Source: an uncultured virus (IMG/VR IMGVR_UViG_3300032282_004167) (lineage: Duplodnaviria > Heunggongvirae > Uroviricota > Caudoviricetes). Taken from it: a stretch of DNA of 64,000 bases. Location of the stretch: IMG/VR virus record IMGVR_UViG_3300032282_004167, one strand, 5' to 3'. The notes beneath the pieces are model-generated. The model was not told the origin of the DNA, made no database searches, and saw nothing but the letters and a program-made list of their open reading frames with translations. Positions 20,512 through 29,453 of this stretch are shown piece after piece. How positions within the stretch are numbered: the stretch's first letter is position 1; each line of letters opens with the position of its first letter. The position numbers and the translations under genes were made by a program.

Positions 20512-20610
20512 GCCCCTAGTGGATATCAGCCGTTCGACTCGGCTGGGGGGCACTAGCAATCTTCGGATTGCAACAATCCTTATTAGTGAAATATAAGTAA
20601 CTGAGAGGAG
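20512..20610 (+). ncRNA. tRNA-like leader element 2
   Basis: GCCCCT/GGGGGC stem, CAGCCG-TTCGACT-CGGCTG arm, GCAATC-TTCG-GATTGC hairpin, TTAGT-GAAA..AAGTA-ACTGA hairpin. Confidence 0.8.
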
Positions 20611-20621
20611 AAAGAAAGATA

Positions 20622-21248
20622 ATGAACACCTTCAAGAAGGTTCTTCGTTGGTTCCCGGTTGTTACCATTGTGCTCGTTGCCATTATGGCAATTGGTACGG
20701 TATGCGGTAACGACTACTCTTGGTCTTCGGACAAGGGTAGTTTGGTCAAGGCTATTAGTGCTCAGTTCGGACACAGTAGCTGGAGTCATTTCCTCAATAA
20801 TGCAGGAATGTTTGCAATGTTTGGCATTCCTGCCGAGTTATTGTTCAAGAAGAAGAAATGGTATATAGCGGCAATTAGTGTGGCTATTGTACCACAGATG
20901 GTTGTGTCTTACTTCGGTTGGGCACGTAATGGTATGGGTGCCAGCGGATGGGTTACGTCTATCCTTGGCATTCTTGCTGCTGCAGTGTGTGTAGCGGCAA
21001 TAAGAAATGTCCGCAATATTGATGGTGAAGGCAATATGGGCGTTTCTTTCGCTGTAGTTATGCCCATCTTAATTGGTGTGTTTCTTCTCGTGCAGGAAGT
21101 AGGGAAGAACAACGCACCTAGAGTAGCGGGAGATATCTCGCACTATGCCATGCATATCGTAGGATATGCTATCGGGCTGACTATCGCATTTGTTGCTGTG
21201 GTGAGCTGGATTATTACGTTGATTGTCAATTACCGACGTAATAAGTAA
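20622..21248 (+). CDS. Rhomboid-family intramembrane serine protease
   Basis: FGHSSWSHFLNN, GMGASG catalytic Ser motif, HIVGYAIG catalytic His, about 6 TM helices. Confidence 0.85.
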   Translation: MNTFKKVLRWFPVVTIVLVAIMAIGTVCGNDYSWSSDKGSLVKAISAQFGHSSWSHFLNNAGMFAMFGIPAELLFKKKKWYIAAISVAIVPQMVVSYFGWARNGMGASGWVTSILGILAAAVCVAAIRNVRNIDGEGNMGVSFAVVMPILIGVFLLVQEVGKNNAPRVAGDISHYAMHIVGYAIGLTIAFVAVVSWIITLIVNYRRNK

Positions 21249-21324
21249 TGCAATTGCGCCTGTGTATTGCGGCGCTATATAAATAGTGATACAGCATGTC
21301 AATCATTTAAGGAGGTGAAAAGAC

Positions 21325-21525
21325 ATGCACAAGTATTTCGTGCGAGCTCGCTGGGATCGGATCTGTTCCGTCATGGCGGGCCTGTGTTTCATGCTCATCG
21401 TTTTGCGGTGGGCGTGGATCCTCAATATCTCGCAAGAGACGGTGAGGATTGATGGCTTTACGACAGCAATGGGGTTGTTTTCGACCCTGTTTGTTGTTGC
21501 TGCGGTCAACAAGCACTCGCACTGA
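21325..21525 (+). CDS. Small two-TM membrane protein
   Basis: AAGGAGGT RBS, two hydrophobic segments. Confidence 0.6.
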   Translation: MHKYFVRARWDRICSVMAGLCFMLIVLRWAWILNISQETVRIDGFTTAMGLFSTLFVVAAVNKHSH

Positions 21526-21570
21526 GTAAGTCTCGGGGGATTGGCTAACCCTGGCAACAGAACAATAGCC

Positions 21571-21673
21571 CCCTTCCTGGTGGATAATCATAGGTTCGAT
21601 TCCTATGGAGGGACTAGTGATCTTTCGGGATCACAACACTTCTACCTGATGAAAAGGAAGTAATCAGGAGAAG
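21571..21673 (+). ncRNA. tRNA-like leader element 3
   Basis: CCCTTC/GGAGGG stem, ATAGG-TTCGATT-CCTAT arm, GTGATC/GATCAC hairpin, and a final hairpin nearly identical to that of element 1. Confidence 0.8.
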
Positions 21674-21686
21674 AAAGGAGCATGTA

Positions 21687-22157
21687 GTGCTACTTGTACA
21701 CTATATGAGCCTCCAGCACAATCCCTACAATGGGATTTTGCCGGGTAAATGCGTGTTTAGCGGAACGCGCCCCGGCATCTGGGCCGTCCCCTTCATCGAA
21801 GAGGGACCGTATTCTCGCCTTAAGCACTTCTGGTGTGATGGCAAGAAGCGGGACCTCCAAGTCATCTTGAACGTACCCGAAGAATTTGTCAGGTACTCAA
21901 AGATGGGAAGGATTCAGCCGGTTCCTGCTGATATTAACACGTTAGCAGGACGTTGCACTGATGATGATAATGGCGCAGTGATTATTGCACCATTTGATCC
22001 TTCTTGGATCGTATCAGTAAAGTGCGCATACCCGACCAAAACAGGGTACGTTGAGGAAGAAATTCCTCACGGGTTCTGGGAAGATCTTGATTATGGTCCA
22101 CCCGCACCCCCTACGTTTGGTCCGTCTTTCAACTTTAAGCTGGATATCGTTGACTGA
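21687..22157 (+). CDS. Hypothetical protein, possible ADP-ribosyltransferase-like fold
   Basis: LVHY....GILPG...PGIWA...FDPSWIVSV. ORF well supported, fold tentative. Confidence 0.4.
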   Translation: MLLVHYMSLQHNPYNGILPGKCVFSGTRPGIWAVPFIEEGPYSRLKHFWCDGKKRDLQVILNVPEEFVRYSKMGRIQPVPADINTLAGRCTDDDNGAVIIAPFDPSWIVSVKCAYPTKTGYVEEEIPHGFWEDLDYGPPAPPTFGPSFNFKLDIVD

Positions 22158-22162
22158 CATCA

Positions 22163-22222
22163 GCCCCTAGTGGATATACGCCGTTCGACTCGGCGTGGGG
22201 GCGCTAGCGATCTTAGGATCGT
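22163..22222 (+). ncRNA. tRNA-like leader element 4
   Basis: GCCCCT/GGGGGC stem, ACGCCG-TTCGACT-CGGCGT arm, GCGATC-TTAG-GATCGT hairpin, followed by a pseudoknot at 22229-22261. Confidence 0.8.
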
Positions 22223-22326
22223 GAGAATGACCCGATTATCAGGTCGTTAAACAAGGATAATAAGAACCTGGCTTCATTAAGAGTCGGCCAGAATATCTTA
22301 GACTCTTTCATCAGTTAGGAGGACTG

Positions 22327-22881
22327 ATGAGCAACAACATCAAGACGTGGAGGACTGTGTCACATGGCACTGTCGTTCTGCGTAAGGGTCAGACGGGGCA
22401 CTACCTCGTCATCAATGTCGGCATTTCCACTGGGGAAAAGCCGCGCCCGTACTTCTTTTCGAGACGCATCTCAAAAGAGGAAGAGGCAATTGCTGAGACG
22501 CAGGAGCTCATCTCCCTGTGGGATCACATCAACCATCCAGTCAGAGAGGAGGTGAATATGGCACCTGCAAAGAAGCCTACCGCGGTCAAGGGCCTCAGGC
22601 TATTTTTCAGCGAGGAGTTGTTGAATGGCGCAGCGATTCTCGTTGCCACCAACAATATCCTGCTCAAGGATGAGCGGGAACACATGCCCATGGCGATCCT
22701 CTTCAAGGATCTTCTTGAGGCTGGAAAAATTCCTGCGGGGACGAAGTACATGTGGTTGGTTCGCCCCAACCAGGACGGTACTTGGATCATCCTGAAGGCT
22801 GTGGAGTTAGTGACTCCGCGGTCCATCAAGAGAATGGGAGTGCAGTCGGGGCAAATCCCTGCCATCTACTGCAATAGCTAA
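22327..22881 (+). CDS. Hypothetical early protein
   Basis: 184 aa, AGGAGG RBS. Confidence 0.65.
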   Translation: MSNNIKTWRTVSHGTVVLRKGQTGHYLVINVGISTGEKPRPYFFSRRISKEEEAIAETQELISLWDHINHPVREEVNMAPAKKPTAVKGLRLFFSEELLNGAAILVATNNILLKDEREHMPMAILFKDLLEAGKIPAGTKYMWLVRPNQDGTWIILKAVELVTPRSIKRMGVQSGQIPAIYCNS

Positions 22882-22888
22882 TCCGTCG

Positions 22889-22991
22889 CGGGGGCTCACT
22901 GATCACTCGGATCGGTGGGCCCCCATCGTCCGTAAGTCGAACAGGATACATTAATTATACAGATTAGTGTGTCCTGTTGGACTTATGGACC
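22889..22991 (+). terminator. Two long tandem hairpins (terminator or processing site)
   Basis: gggggctcactgatc/gatcggtgggcccc and gtccgtaagtc..caggatac/gtgtcctg..gacttatggac. Confidence 0.55.
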
Positions 22992-23358
22992 AGCGATGGT
23001 CTCATTAGTCCTAAAAAAACCCTACCTGTCACTCAGATTGGTGGGGTCTGGCAGTACTCCGCTGCCTAATCAAATGGAGTAGGGTCAAGGAGGCCCTCCC
23101 ATGGCAAACGCCATGATACGTGTGGTGACGTTCATCACCACACTCCTCCTCCGCTTGCACAATGATGTGTGGGTGGAGGGGACGCACCTTCCCTTTGGCG
23201 GTTACATCGCCAAGGTGGAGGGTGGCACCACACTCCTCGGCGTCGATGACGTCAAGGAGGTCCGCCCTTACAACAGGGAATTTGCAATGGTCACTCAGAT
23301 CATTGCGAGAATGAGTAACAACAACGTCAGTCAGAGGACTGACAGAAAGGAGGACAAG

Positions 23359-25794
23359 GTGGATATTTTCCACTTCGTCCAGACGGTAGATGGTGTGGCC
23401 TGGCGCATCATTACCAATATCCCATCACCCCAGGAAGTCGACGCTTATCGCATGAGCGTCGCAACACATGCCCCGGCTAGTGGTCTGATGGCCATCGAGA
23501 CGGGAGATTGGGAGTTCAACTTCCTGCTTCGGATGATGAAAGTGCGTGGAACCAAGTTCCGCGTGGCTATCATCCCGAATAAGGAGATGACCCCCAGTCG
23601 AATCAACAGCATGTTCGGCAAGTCCACGTTTGCCTGGGCAAATGCTGGGTATTCCTTCTTTCTCCGGATTGACGGAGATAGTTGGGGTCTGAATGGTCTG
23701 GGGCTGACCGCATTCGATACCCTCAAGGTGTCCAAGCGCCTTCAAGAGGTGTGTCGTCTCAGCGAAATGCACCTGTACGTGGATGACGTTGCGGATTTCC
23801 GTCTCGTCACCTATCCGCGTCCTACGGGCATGAATGTCGGCTCGGTTGACGGCAAGTCCTTCGTCAGCAAGGCATTCGCTTTGCGGCTCGCTTATTCTGC
23901 GACAGGTAAGCGTCGCAAGCACCTTGTTCGTGGTATCGAAGAGGGAACAATCACCTCGTTCTCCATCCGGGTCATGGGTCCGTTCGGCTTGATCAAGGGC
24001 GACGCATACATCCACAGTGATGTCAATGCGCCGTTCGACGTTCTCACGGATGCTGAGAATATCAAGACGGACATCATCACCAATGGGTATGTGTTTGCTA
24101 CCATCTGGGAGCATCACACGATGAATCGTGCCAAGTGGGACGATCAGTCTGCTATCAACTTTCCGTTTGTTCTCATGGCGGAAAATCGGATGGCAGACCT
24201 GAATCTCAGCATGGCGAAGATTCGCAAGCACATCGCGAATGGTGAAGTTCCGGAGGATTTGATGCTTCCGGAAGATAGCCACAACGATGACGGCACTCCG
24301 AACATGGAGCGGCTGTCCGACATGCTGCGCAATCAGCGTGTTCGGTGGCAAGCTGCTGGTCTGGACCTTCGCATGGCTCAGAACCTGCTGTACATGTATC
24401 TCAATGGCTTCATCAAGTCGATGGAGCGAGATGAGGTTGGTGGCAGTGGGTTCTACAAGAAGACCCATGTTGCGATGTCTAATGCATTCGTTGGCACGGT
24501 GGCTACTTGGTCACTGCTGACGAAAGTCGGTGGATATCGATTCCCCGATCAGGATGGAACCAAGGTGTTCTTCGATGAGCGCTTTGGTCTGGTTATCCCT
24601 GATCAGCGTTTCGTGGAGACATTCGACCTCCACGGCACTTGGGACTTGGACGATACAGTTAAGGCTGTGTTCGTCCGTGTCTTCGGTGACGCGGATCACA
24701 TCGCTGGGCTCAAGGCCGATGGTGTTCTGCCTGCTGGGGTGGAAATTCCCACTACTCAGTCAGACGCCGTCGACATGGTGGCATTCATCCGTTCTCCCAA
24801 TGGTCCGGGAGAGATCTCGTTCGAGGTCATGGATGAGGAGACCATGCCCTGGTTTGACTTTGATGAGAACCGTATTCCTACGGTCAATCTCAACAATGTC
24901 ATCAGCCAGAATGAGCTTCTTGCTCAGAACGCTGCAGGGCAACTCCCGACCAGCATCCGTTACACGAAGAACAGCCTGCTTCAGGCTCATGCTCTGCGGA
25001 TGATTACAGCTCAGCAGGGCAATCCTGGTATCGGTGCTACCGCCAATGCTGTCATGGTGTGGTACAACACGTTCCATACAATGCCGGTCATGGCTGGTAC
25101 CCTGGGCGACATCGTGGATGCTGTTCAACAAGGTGCTGATCCGATTAGTTTCGGCGCTGTTGAACAGGGCGCAAGCATCATCTGGGAGAACTTCGTGAAC
25201 ACGGTGCTTTCCAGCAATGTTCGTGTCGACGAGTACGTGATTCGTTCCCGTGCTCCAAGAGACGTCATTGAACAGCTGCGTCCGCGGTTTGGTAAGGGCC
25301 GTCTCGCCAAGTTCCACGACGCCTATGCCAAGGCGATCAAAGAACTGCGTGACGAGGTCATGATGCAAACCATGCAGATGCGTCAGGCGAATGAGATGAC
25401 CGCCAATGTTGTCGGTCTCAACTTCAGTGCAGATGCCATGCAGTGGGCAGAGAACACGCACACCGCGTGGAATCGCCAGCTGAGGGCAATCGACAACGAT
25501 CACCGTTACAACCGTAATAACTGTGATCCGTTCACCGCTTTGACGCTGGAGTGCATGCAGGGCAATGCTCGTAAGCAGGCTGTTGATGGGTTTATTCGTC
25601 AACTTCTTGATTCTGAGCGTCCGCACCAGCGAGTGATGGCCATCTGGAAGTACGTTCTCACGCCCACTTCCGGCAAGCCTCTTGGCCACAGTGATCGGGT
25701 GATGTTCCAGCCTGGAACGGAAATGTCGGTCATGGATCTGTTGATCCAAGCACTCGCTCTGCGTGGCTGGGGTCACGAAGTCCCGCTGCCGTGA
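23359..25794 (+). CDS. Single-chain two-barrel RNA polymerase candidate 1 (YonO / eukaryotic RdRP-like)
   Basis: VDGKSFVS, IRVMGPFGLIKG, GTWDLDD, FIRSPN, GIGATAN, IVDAVQQG. Likely GTG start at 23359 after AAAGGAGGA. The ORF extends upstream to 23101. Confidence 0.72.
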   Translation: MDIFHFVQTVDGVAWRIITNIPSPQEVDAYRMSVATHAPASGLMAIETGDWEFNFLLRMMKVRGTKFRVAIIPNKEMTPSRINSMFGKSTFAWANAGYSFFLRIDGDSWGLNGLGLTAFDTLKVSKRLQEVCRLSEMHLYVDDVADFRLVTYPRPTGMNVGSVDGKSFVSKAFALRLAYSATGKRRKHLVRGIEEGTITSFSIRVMGPFGLIKGDAYIHSDVNAPFDVLTDAENIKTDIITNGYVFATIWEHHTMNRAKWDDQSAINFPFVLMAENRMADLNLSMAKIRKHIANGEVPEDLMLPEDSHNDDGTPNMERLSDMLRNQRVRWQAAGLDLRMAQNLLYMYLNGFIKSMERDEVGGSGFYKKTHVAMSNAFVGTVATWSLLTKVGGYRFPDQDGTKVFFDERFGLVIPDQRFVETFDLHGTWDLDDTVKAVFVRVFGDADHIAGLKADGVLPAGVEIPTTQSDAVDMVAFIRSPNGPGEISFEVMDEETMPWFDFDENRIPTVNLNNVISQNELLAQNAAGQLPTSIRYTKNSLLQAHALRMITAQQGNPGIGATANAVMVWYNTFHTMPVMAGTLGDIVDAVQQGADPISFGAVEQGASIIWENFVNTVLSSNVRVDEYVIRSRAPRDVIEQLRPRFGKGRLAKFHDAYAKAIKELRDEVMMQTMQMRQANEMTANVVGLNFSADAMQWAENTHTAWNRQLRAIDNDHRYNRNNCDPFTALTLECMQGNARKQAVDGFIRQLLDSERPHQRVMAIWKYVLTPTSGKPLGHSDRVMFQPGTEMSVMDLLIQALALRGWGHEVPLP

Positions 25795-25953
25795 TTTAGT
25801 AGTTTGATTGGAGGGTATGGTTCGCCCTGCCCTCCAGTCGAGCTTCTAAACGTCGTCCCTTACGGTCCTCCAAAACCCCCGCGGGTTTCATCAGTGGTGC
25901 TGGTTTCATCCTGCTTGGTCTTCTAAACTTTCATTGGAAGACAGACTTTCAAG

Positions 25954-25965
25954 AAAAGAGGGGAA
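25954..25965 (+). promoter_or_regulatory. First copy of the repeated AAAAGAGGGG motif (putative phage promoter or operator)
   Basis: Other copies at 26387, 26725, 27153, 27551, 29067, 29324, 30514, 36980, 40847, 45217 (variant) and 46765. All plus strand, mostly just upstream of genes. Confidence 0.7.
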
Positions 25966-26002
25966 TGATCCTGTTCCCCTTGAGTCTCAGGAGGAGACAA
26001 GC

Positions 26003-26263
26003 ATGTCCGTCTGGAACAATGCATGGTTCGAGACAAAATCAGATGCGTTGGTTCTTGCGTCGACTTTGGCCATGGTTGGAAAGTACATGGTCAACGTGAA
26101 CCCAGCGAAGAATGGCAACGGAACTTCGGTTTCGTGGGTGGAGTCACCCAAGCCCGGTCTCTTCGTTCGCGACACGCCGTTCGAGTCGAAGCCCAAGTCC
26201 GCAACCGCTGACACCGCATCTCCGGTCAACGTTCAGGGTTCCGAGCCCATCGAGCCATTCTGA
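26003..26263 (+). CDS. Small protein with an SSB-like C-terminal tail (EPIEPF)
   Basis: AGGAGG RBS before ATG 26003. Confidence 0.65.
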   Translation: MSVWNNAWFETKSDALVLASTLAMVGKYMVNVNPAKNGNGTSVSWVESPKPGLFVRDTPFESKPKSATADTASPVNVQGSEPIEPF

Positions 26264-26429
26264 TCGTCCTTTCAGTAGGGAGTAGTAGCATCTGTTATTT
26301 GGTGCTGCTGCTCTCTACTGGTTGGGGGTTATAAAGTAGATATAACTGCCAAATAAAGTCTTTCTTTATTTCTGCACTTGTGTAGGAAAAGAGGGGAAAG
26401 TCCCGGCCACTTCTAAACAGGAGGTTTCG

Positions 26430-26714
26430 ATGGCTGGTTTCGTCAAACTTGGTGATGAGGAGCATGAGTTCCACATCAATCCTAACTCCAAGTCAATGGC
26501 CGAAATTCACAAAATGTTCGGCTTCAAGCGTGTTGTCACCATTCAAGTTGATGGTGATGAGCTGGATGCAGTTCTGTTCGGGCTTGCTCACTACAAGAAG
26601 CACCCAACCGATCAACTGATTCGACTCAAGGCTCTATTCGATTCTCTGTCAACGACATTGACAGCAATGGACCTTAAGAACACAGAAAACTTTGAGGCAA
26701 AAGACTTCGTCTAA
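26430..26714 (+). CDS. Hypothetical protein
   Basis: 94 aa, AGGAGG RBS, motif upstream. Confidence 0.65.
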   Translation: MAGFVKLGDEEHEFHINPNSKSMAEIHKMFGFKRVVTIQVDGDELDAVLFGLAHYKKHPTDQLIRLKALFDSLSTTLTAMDLKNTENFEAKDFV

Positions 26715-26844
26715 AGTCTCAAGGAAAAAGAGGGGAAAATTCCCAAAGGTGGGACGCGTATACCTAAAGCACGCGTGCTCTCGCAATAAGTGGGATGCGA
26801 CACTTCAACGCATAACTCCATTCACTAGAGTCGGGAGGCTCATC

Positions 26845-27087
26845 ATGAAGTTCCAAGTAACCATCGACACCGCAGCCACGGCTAGCAAGGTCAAGGACAC
26901 CGTCACCGAAGTCAAGGCCAAGGTCAGCCACAGCCGTCAGGACCGCAAGGCCATCCGCCTCGCCAAGGAAGCCATCAAGGAGCAGACGGAACAGCATCTG
27001 CTCGTGCTGGGCACTCAGCTCCTCGCAGAGCAGGAAGCCGAGAAGGCCAAGGACGCAGTCGAGACCACGGGCATGGCAACCGCCTGA
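26845..27087 (+). CDS. Hypothetical Ala/Lys-rich helical protein
   Basis: GGGAGG RBS before ATG 26845, hairpin downstream. Confidence 0.6.
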   Translation: MKFQVTIDTAATASKVKDTVTEVKAKVSHSRQDRKAIRLAKEAIKEQTEQHLLVLGTQLLAEQEAEKAKDAVETTGMATA

Positions 27088-27099
27088 CATCACCCCCAT

Positions 27100-27143
27100 G
27101 AATATGAGATCAACAGGGTAACCCCCTGTTGGTCTTATATTTA
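27100..27143 (+). terminator. Stem-loop terminator
   Basis: aatatgagatcaacagg/cctgttggtcttatatt. Confidence 0.6.
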
Positions 27144-27192
27144 TTCCCCCACAAAAAGAGGGGAACAATCTCAATCCGAGCCAGGAGGGCTA

Positions 27193-27474
27193 ATGGATAC
27201 CAACACAGATACAGAATTCGAAGAGATCATGGGCAACATGTTCCTCGATGAGGAAATCAAGTTTCCCTGGGGAAAAACTGTTCGCAACGGAGCAGTAGAG
27301 CTGGCAATCGTCACCGGAGCACTCATCGTTGCCCCCAAGCTCATCAAGAACGGCAAAATCATCAATGTTGTTGCAGGTGCAGTGACAGGAATCATGGGGT
27401 TGGCATGCGTCAACTCACTGGTGGTCCGAATCAATACCGCTGCAGCGTGGATCAACATCGGTGGCAATCGCTAA
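27193..27474 (+). CDS. Small membrane protein
   Basis: 93 aa, two hydrophobic segments, AGGAGG RBS. Confidence 0.6.
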   Translation: MDTNTDTEFEEIMGNMFLDEEIKFPWGKTVRNGAVELAIVTGALIVAPKLIKNGKIINVVAGAVTGIMGLACVNSLVVRINTAAAWINIGGNR

Positions 27475-27594
27475 TAGAGATTGGATCAGCATTTGGCATT
27501 GCGCCACTTGTTGATCCTTTCTTTATTTCCGCGACTTTCATCGCCATTGCAAAAAGAGGGGAAAGAATTCCTGAATTAGTATCTAGGAGGATAC

Positions 27595-28023
27595 ATGTTT
27601 ACATTTGCAATAATTCTGGCAATTCTGTCAACTGGAATCGAAATGTTTTTCGTAATCCAATTTGAACCAATCCGCAGATTCATGATCAGCCATAAGAAAT
27701 TTGGCTTATTCTTTTCCTTTGCATTGTCATATGCATTAGGTGTAATGTTCGGCGCTGCAGGCCTCATCGCAATGACCGCTGCAATCGCATCAACTGTCAT
27801 GTCACTAGGCATCTACGAATCCAATGTACTCAAGTATGCCAATGCTCAAAATCGTGCAAAGATCACAGCAGAAATCAAGAAGTACACTGATCTGTTCATT
27901 CGATCCGTGAAGTTCTGGTTCGGAGTGTTTACTGCACCTATTCGATTCATCATCTGGTGCAAAAACAAAATCGATGCCGGAAAAACCAAATTCCAGGTTG
28001 TCAAGAGTCAATTCGCACGATAG
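27595..28023 (+). CDS. Membrane protein
   Basis: 142 aa, three N-terminal TM-like segments, AGGAGG RBS. Confidence 0.65.
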   Translation: MFTFAIILAILSTGIEMFFVIQFEPIRRFMISHKKFGLFFSFALSYALGVMFGAAGLIAMTAAIASTVMSLGIYESNVLKYANAQNRAKITAEIKKYTDLFIRSVKFWFGVFTAPIRFIIWCKNKIDAGKTKFQVVKSQFAR

Positions 28024-28110
28024 ACTCCATCTCATCATGAGTAATATAAGTAGGAGAGCTAACCCCTCTTCTACTTATATTATTCTTATCAAACATATCA
28101 ATCAATCAAA

Positions 28111-28259
28111 GCGCGAGCGAGCGAAGCGAGCGAGCGCGTTAAAGAGTCAACGAGCGTAGCGAGTAACTCTGATTAGCTGAGCGAAGCGAAGCATCTACAC
28201 TATCTAGACTAGTTTATCTAGTCAAAGATGTGTTCTGGGCGCGAGCGAAGCGAGCGCCC
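28111..28259. repeat. Cluster of GCGAGCGAAGCGAGC mini-hairpin repeats (possible origin or ssDNA signal)
   Basis: Copies at 28111, 28151, 28179 and 28237, with more at 29079, 29291, 29336 and 44723. The cluster opens a roughly 1 kb ORF-free AT-rich region. Confidence 0.7.
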
Positions 28260-29114
28260 TTATATGGGTTGAAGGACGAAGTCCGAAGGGATTAGCCCTT
28301 AACCTGTATAAAATAATACTCTCCGTGACAGGTCATTCTTGACCCCCGTCTAATATCGATACCTCTTGACATAATCTTGATTTAAATACTACTCTGCGTA
28401 GTAGAAAGAGTATAAGAACTCGGCAATATACACACTCCCATCTCTATAAATAACCATCGCACAAAACACAAATACTATGCCATATCCCCTATTACATACA
28501 CTGTAGAACTACAGTATAAGTAGGTAATACATAAGGATATGTTTAGCATAACACCAGGTATTGTTATGATTTAATGCGATTCAGGGAATTTTTTGATGGG
28601 GGCCTAGTACAATTGACAGATAATTGACAAAGTATAAATAGCTATGGACTCTCTAGAGTCTTATTAGCTATGAGGTTATTTGAGAAGAACTATATGTATG
28701 TTATTCTTCTTATTGTTCTCTTTTGTTTGGTTATCTATGCATAATAGTCAATTTGTGTTGCGGCGAATTCTTCTAGTCTGTACAATGACAAGGAGTAACC
28801 ACTTGTAAGTTCATACTTGGTGCAGGTCATACTATGAACTTCTTTACCTGTGAGTGGTTGCTCCTTTTGATTGTATGTACTATCCCGAAATCTCTTATTC
28901 CCCGATTGCACTATGATAAGAAGTATCTGGTTACATATATCTATGCATGTGGCTCGTCCTCAATTCCTCCTTTCTAGTTGAGGACTTGACGCCTATATGT
29001 AGATATCCTCCTTATGTAATTAGATGCTTCTTATGACAGTGTATATTGCGGGAAATTATTTCTGACAAAAAGAGGGGAGCGAGCGAAGCGAGCGACCCGT
29101 ACTGGAGGCTTACT

Positions 29115-29309
29115 ATGCAGAAATCACTACAACCATCATGGGTTTGTGAGAAGTGTAACTTCATGGTTACTGAACACGATCTCCGCTTCTTTCAGATGTC
29201 TAGACCACCTGTGGTTTGTTCTCGATGCAACTGGTTTGTGTCGCAATCCAAATCTTTGGTGAAGCGCAAAGACTATGTCGTTCAAGTATGGCGAGCGAAG
29301 CGAGCCTGA
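29115..29309 (+). CDS. Small Zn-ribbon protein
   Basis: WVCEKC...CSRC, GGAGG RBS. Confidence 0.6.
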   Translation: MQKSLQPSWVCEKCNFMVTEHDLRFFQMSRPPVVCSRCNWFVSQSKSLVKRKDYVVQVWRAKRA

Positions 29310-29411
29310 CTAACGACTAGGAGAAAAAGAGGGGAGCGAGCGAAGCGAGCCTAACTATCAATCTCCGGGCGACCCTGTTGGTCGCTATGGCAATCGCTCG
29401 TTATGAAATTG

Positions 29412-29442
29412 ACTTCCCCTGAGCATGAGGTAAAACTGCTCA
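29412..29442 (+). ncRNA. Compact H-type pseudoknot (repeated family, representative copy)
   Basis: ACTTC/GAGGT and TGAGCA/TGCTCA with a TAAAAC loop. Related copies at 29606, 32411, 32561, 32671 and 33594. Confidence 0.7.
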
Positions 29443-29453
29443 TCATCCAACAA

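Noticed and set aside
20107..22222. Leader elements as true tRNA genes or a CRISPR array
   Set aside because: No anticodon arm. They are separated by whole genes and are not identical repeats, and no cas genes are present.
23425..25776. Long minus-strand ORFs (347 aa and 338 aa)
   Set aside because: Antisense shadows of the GC-rich polymerase gene, with no motifs.
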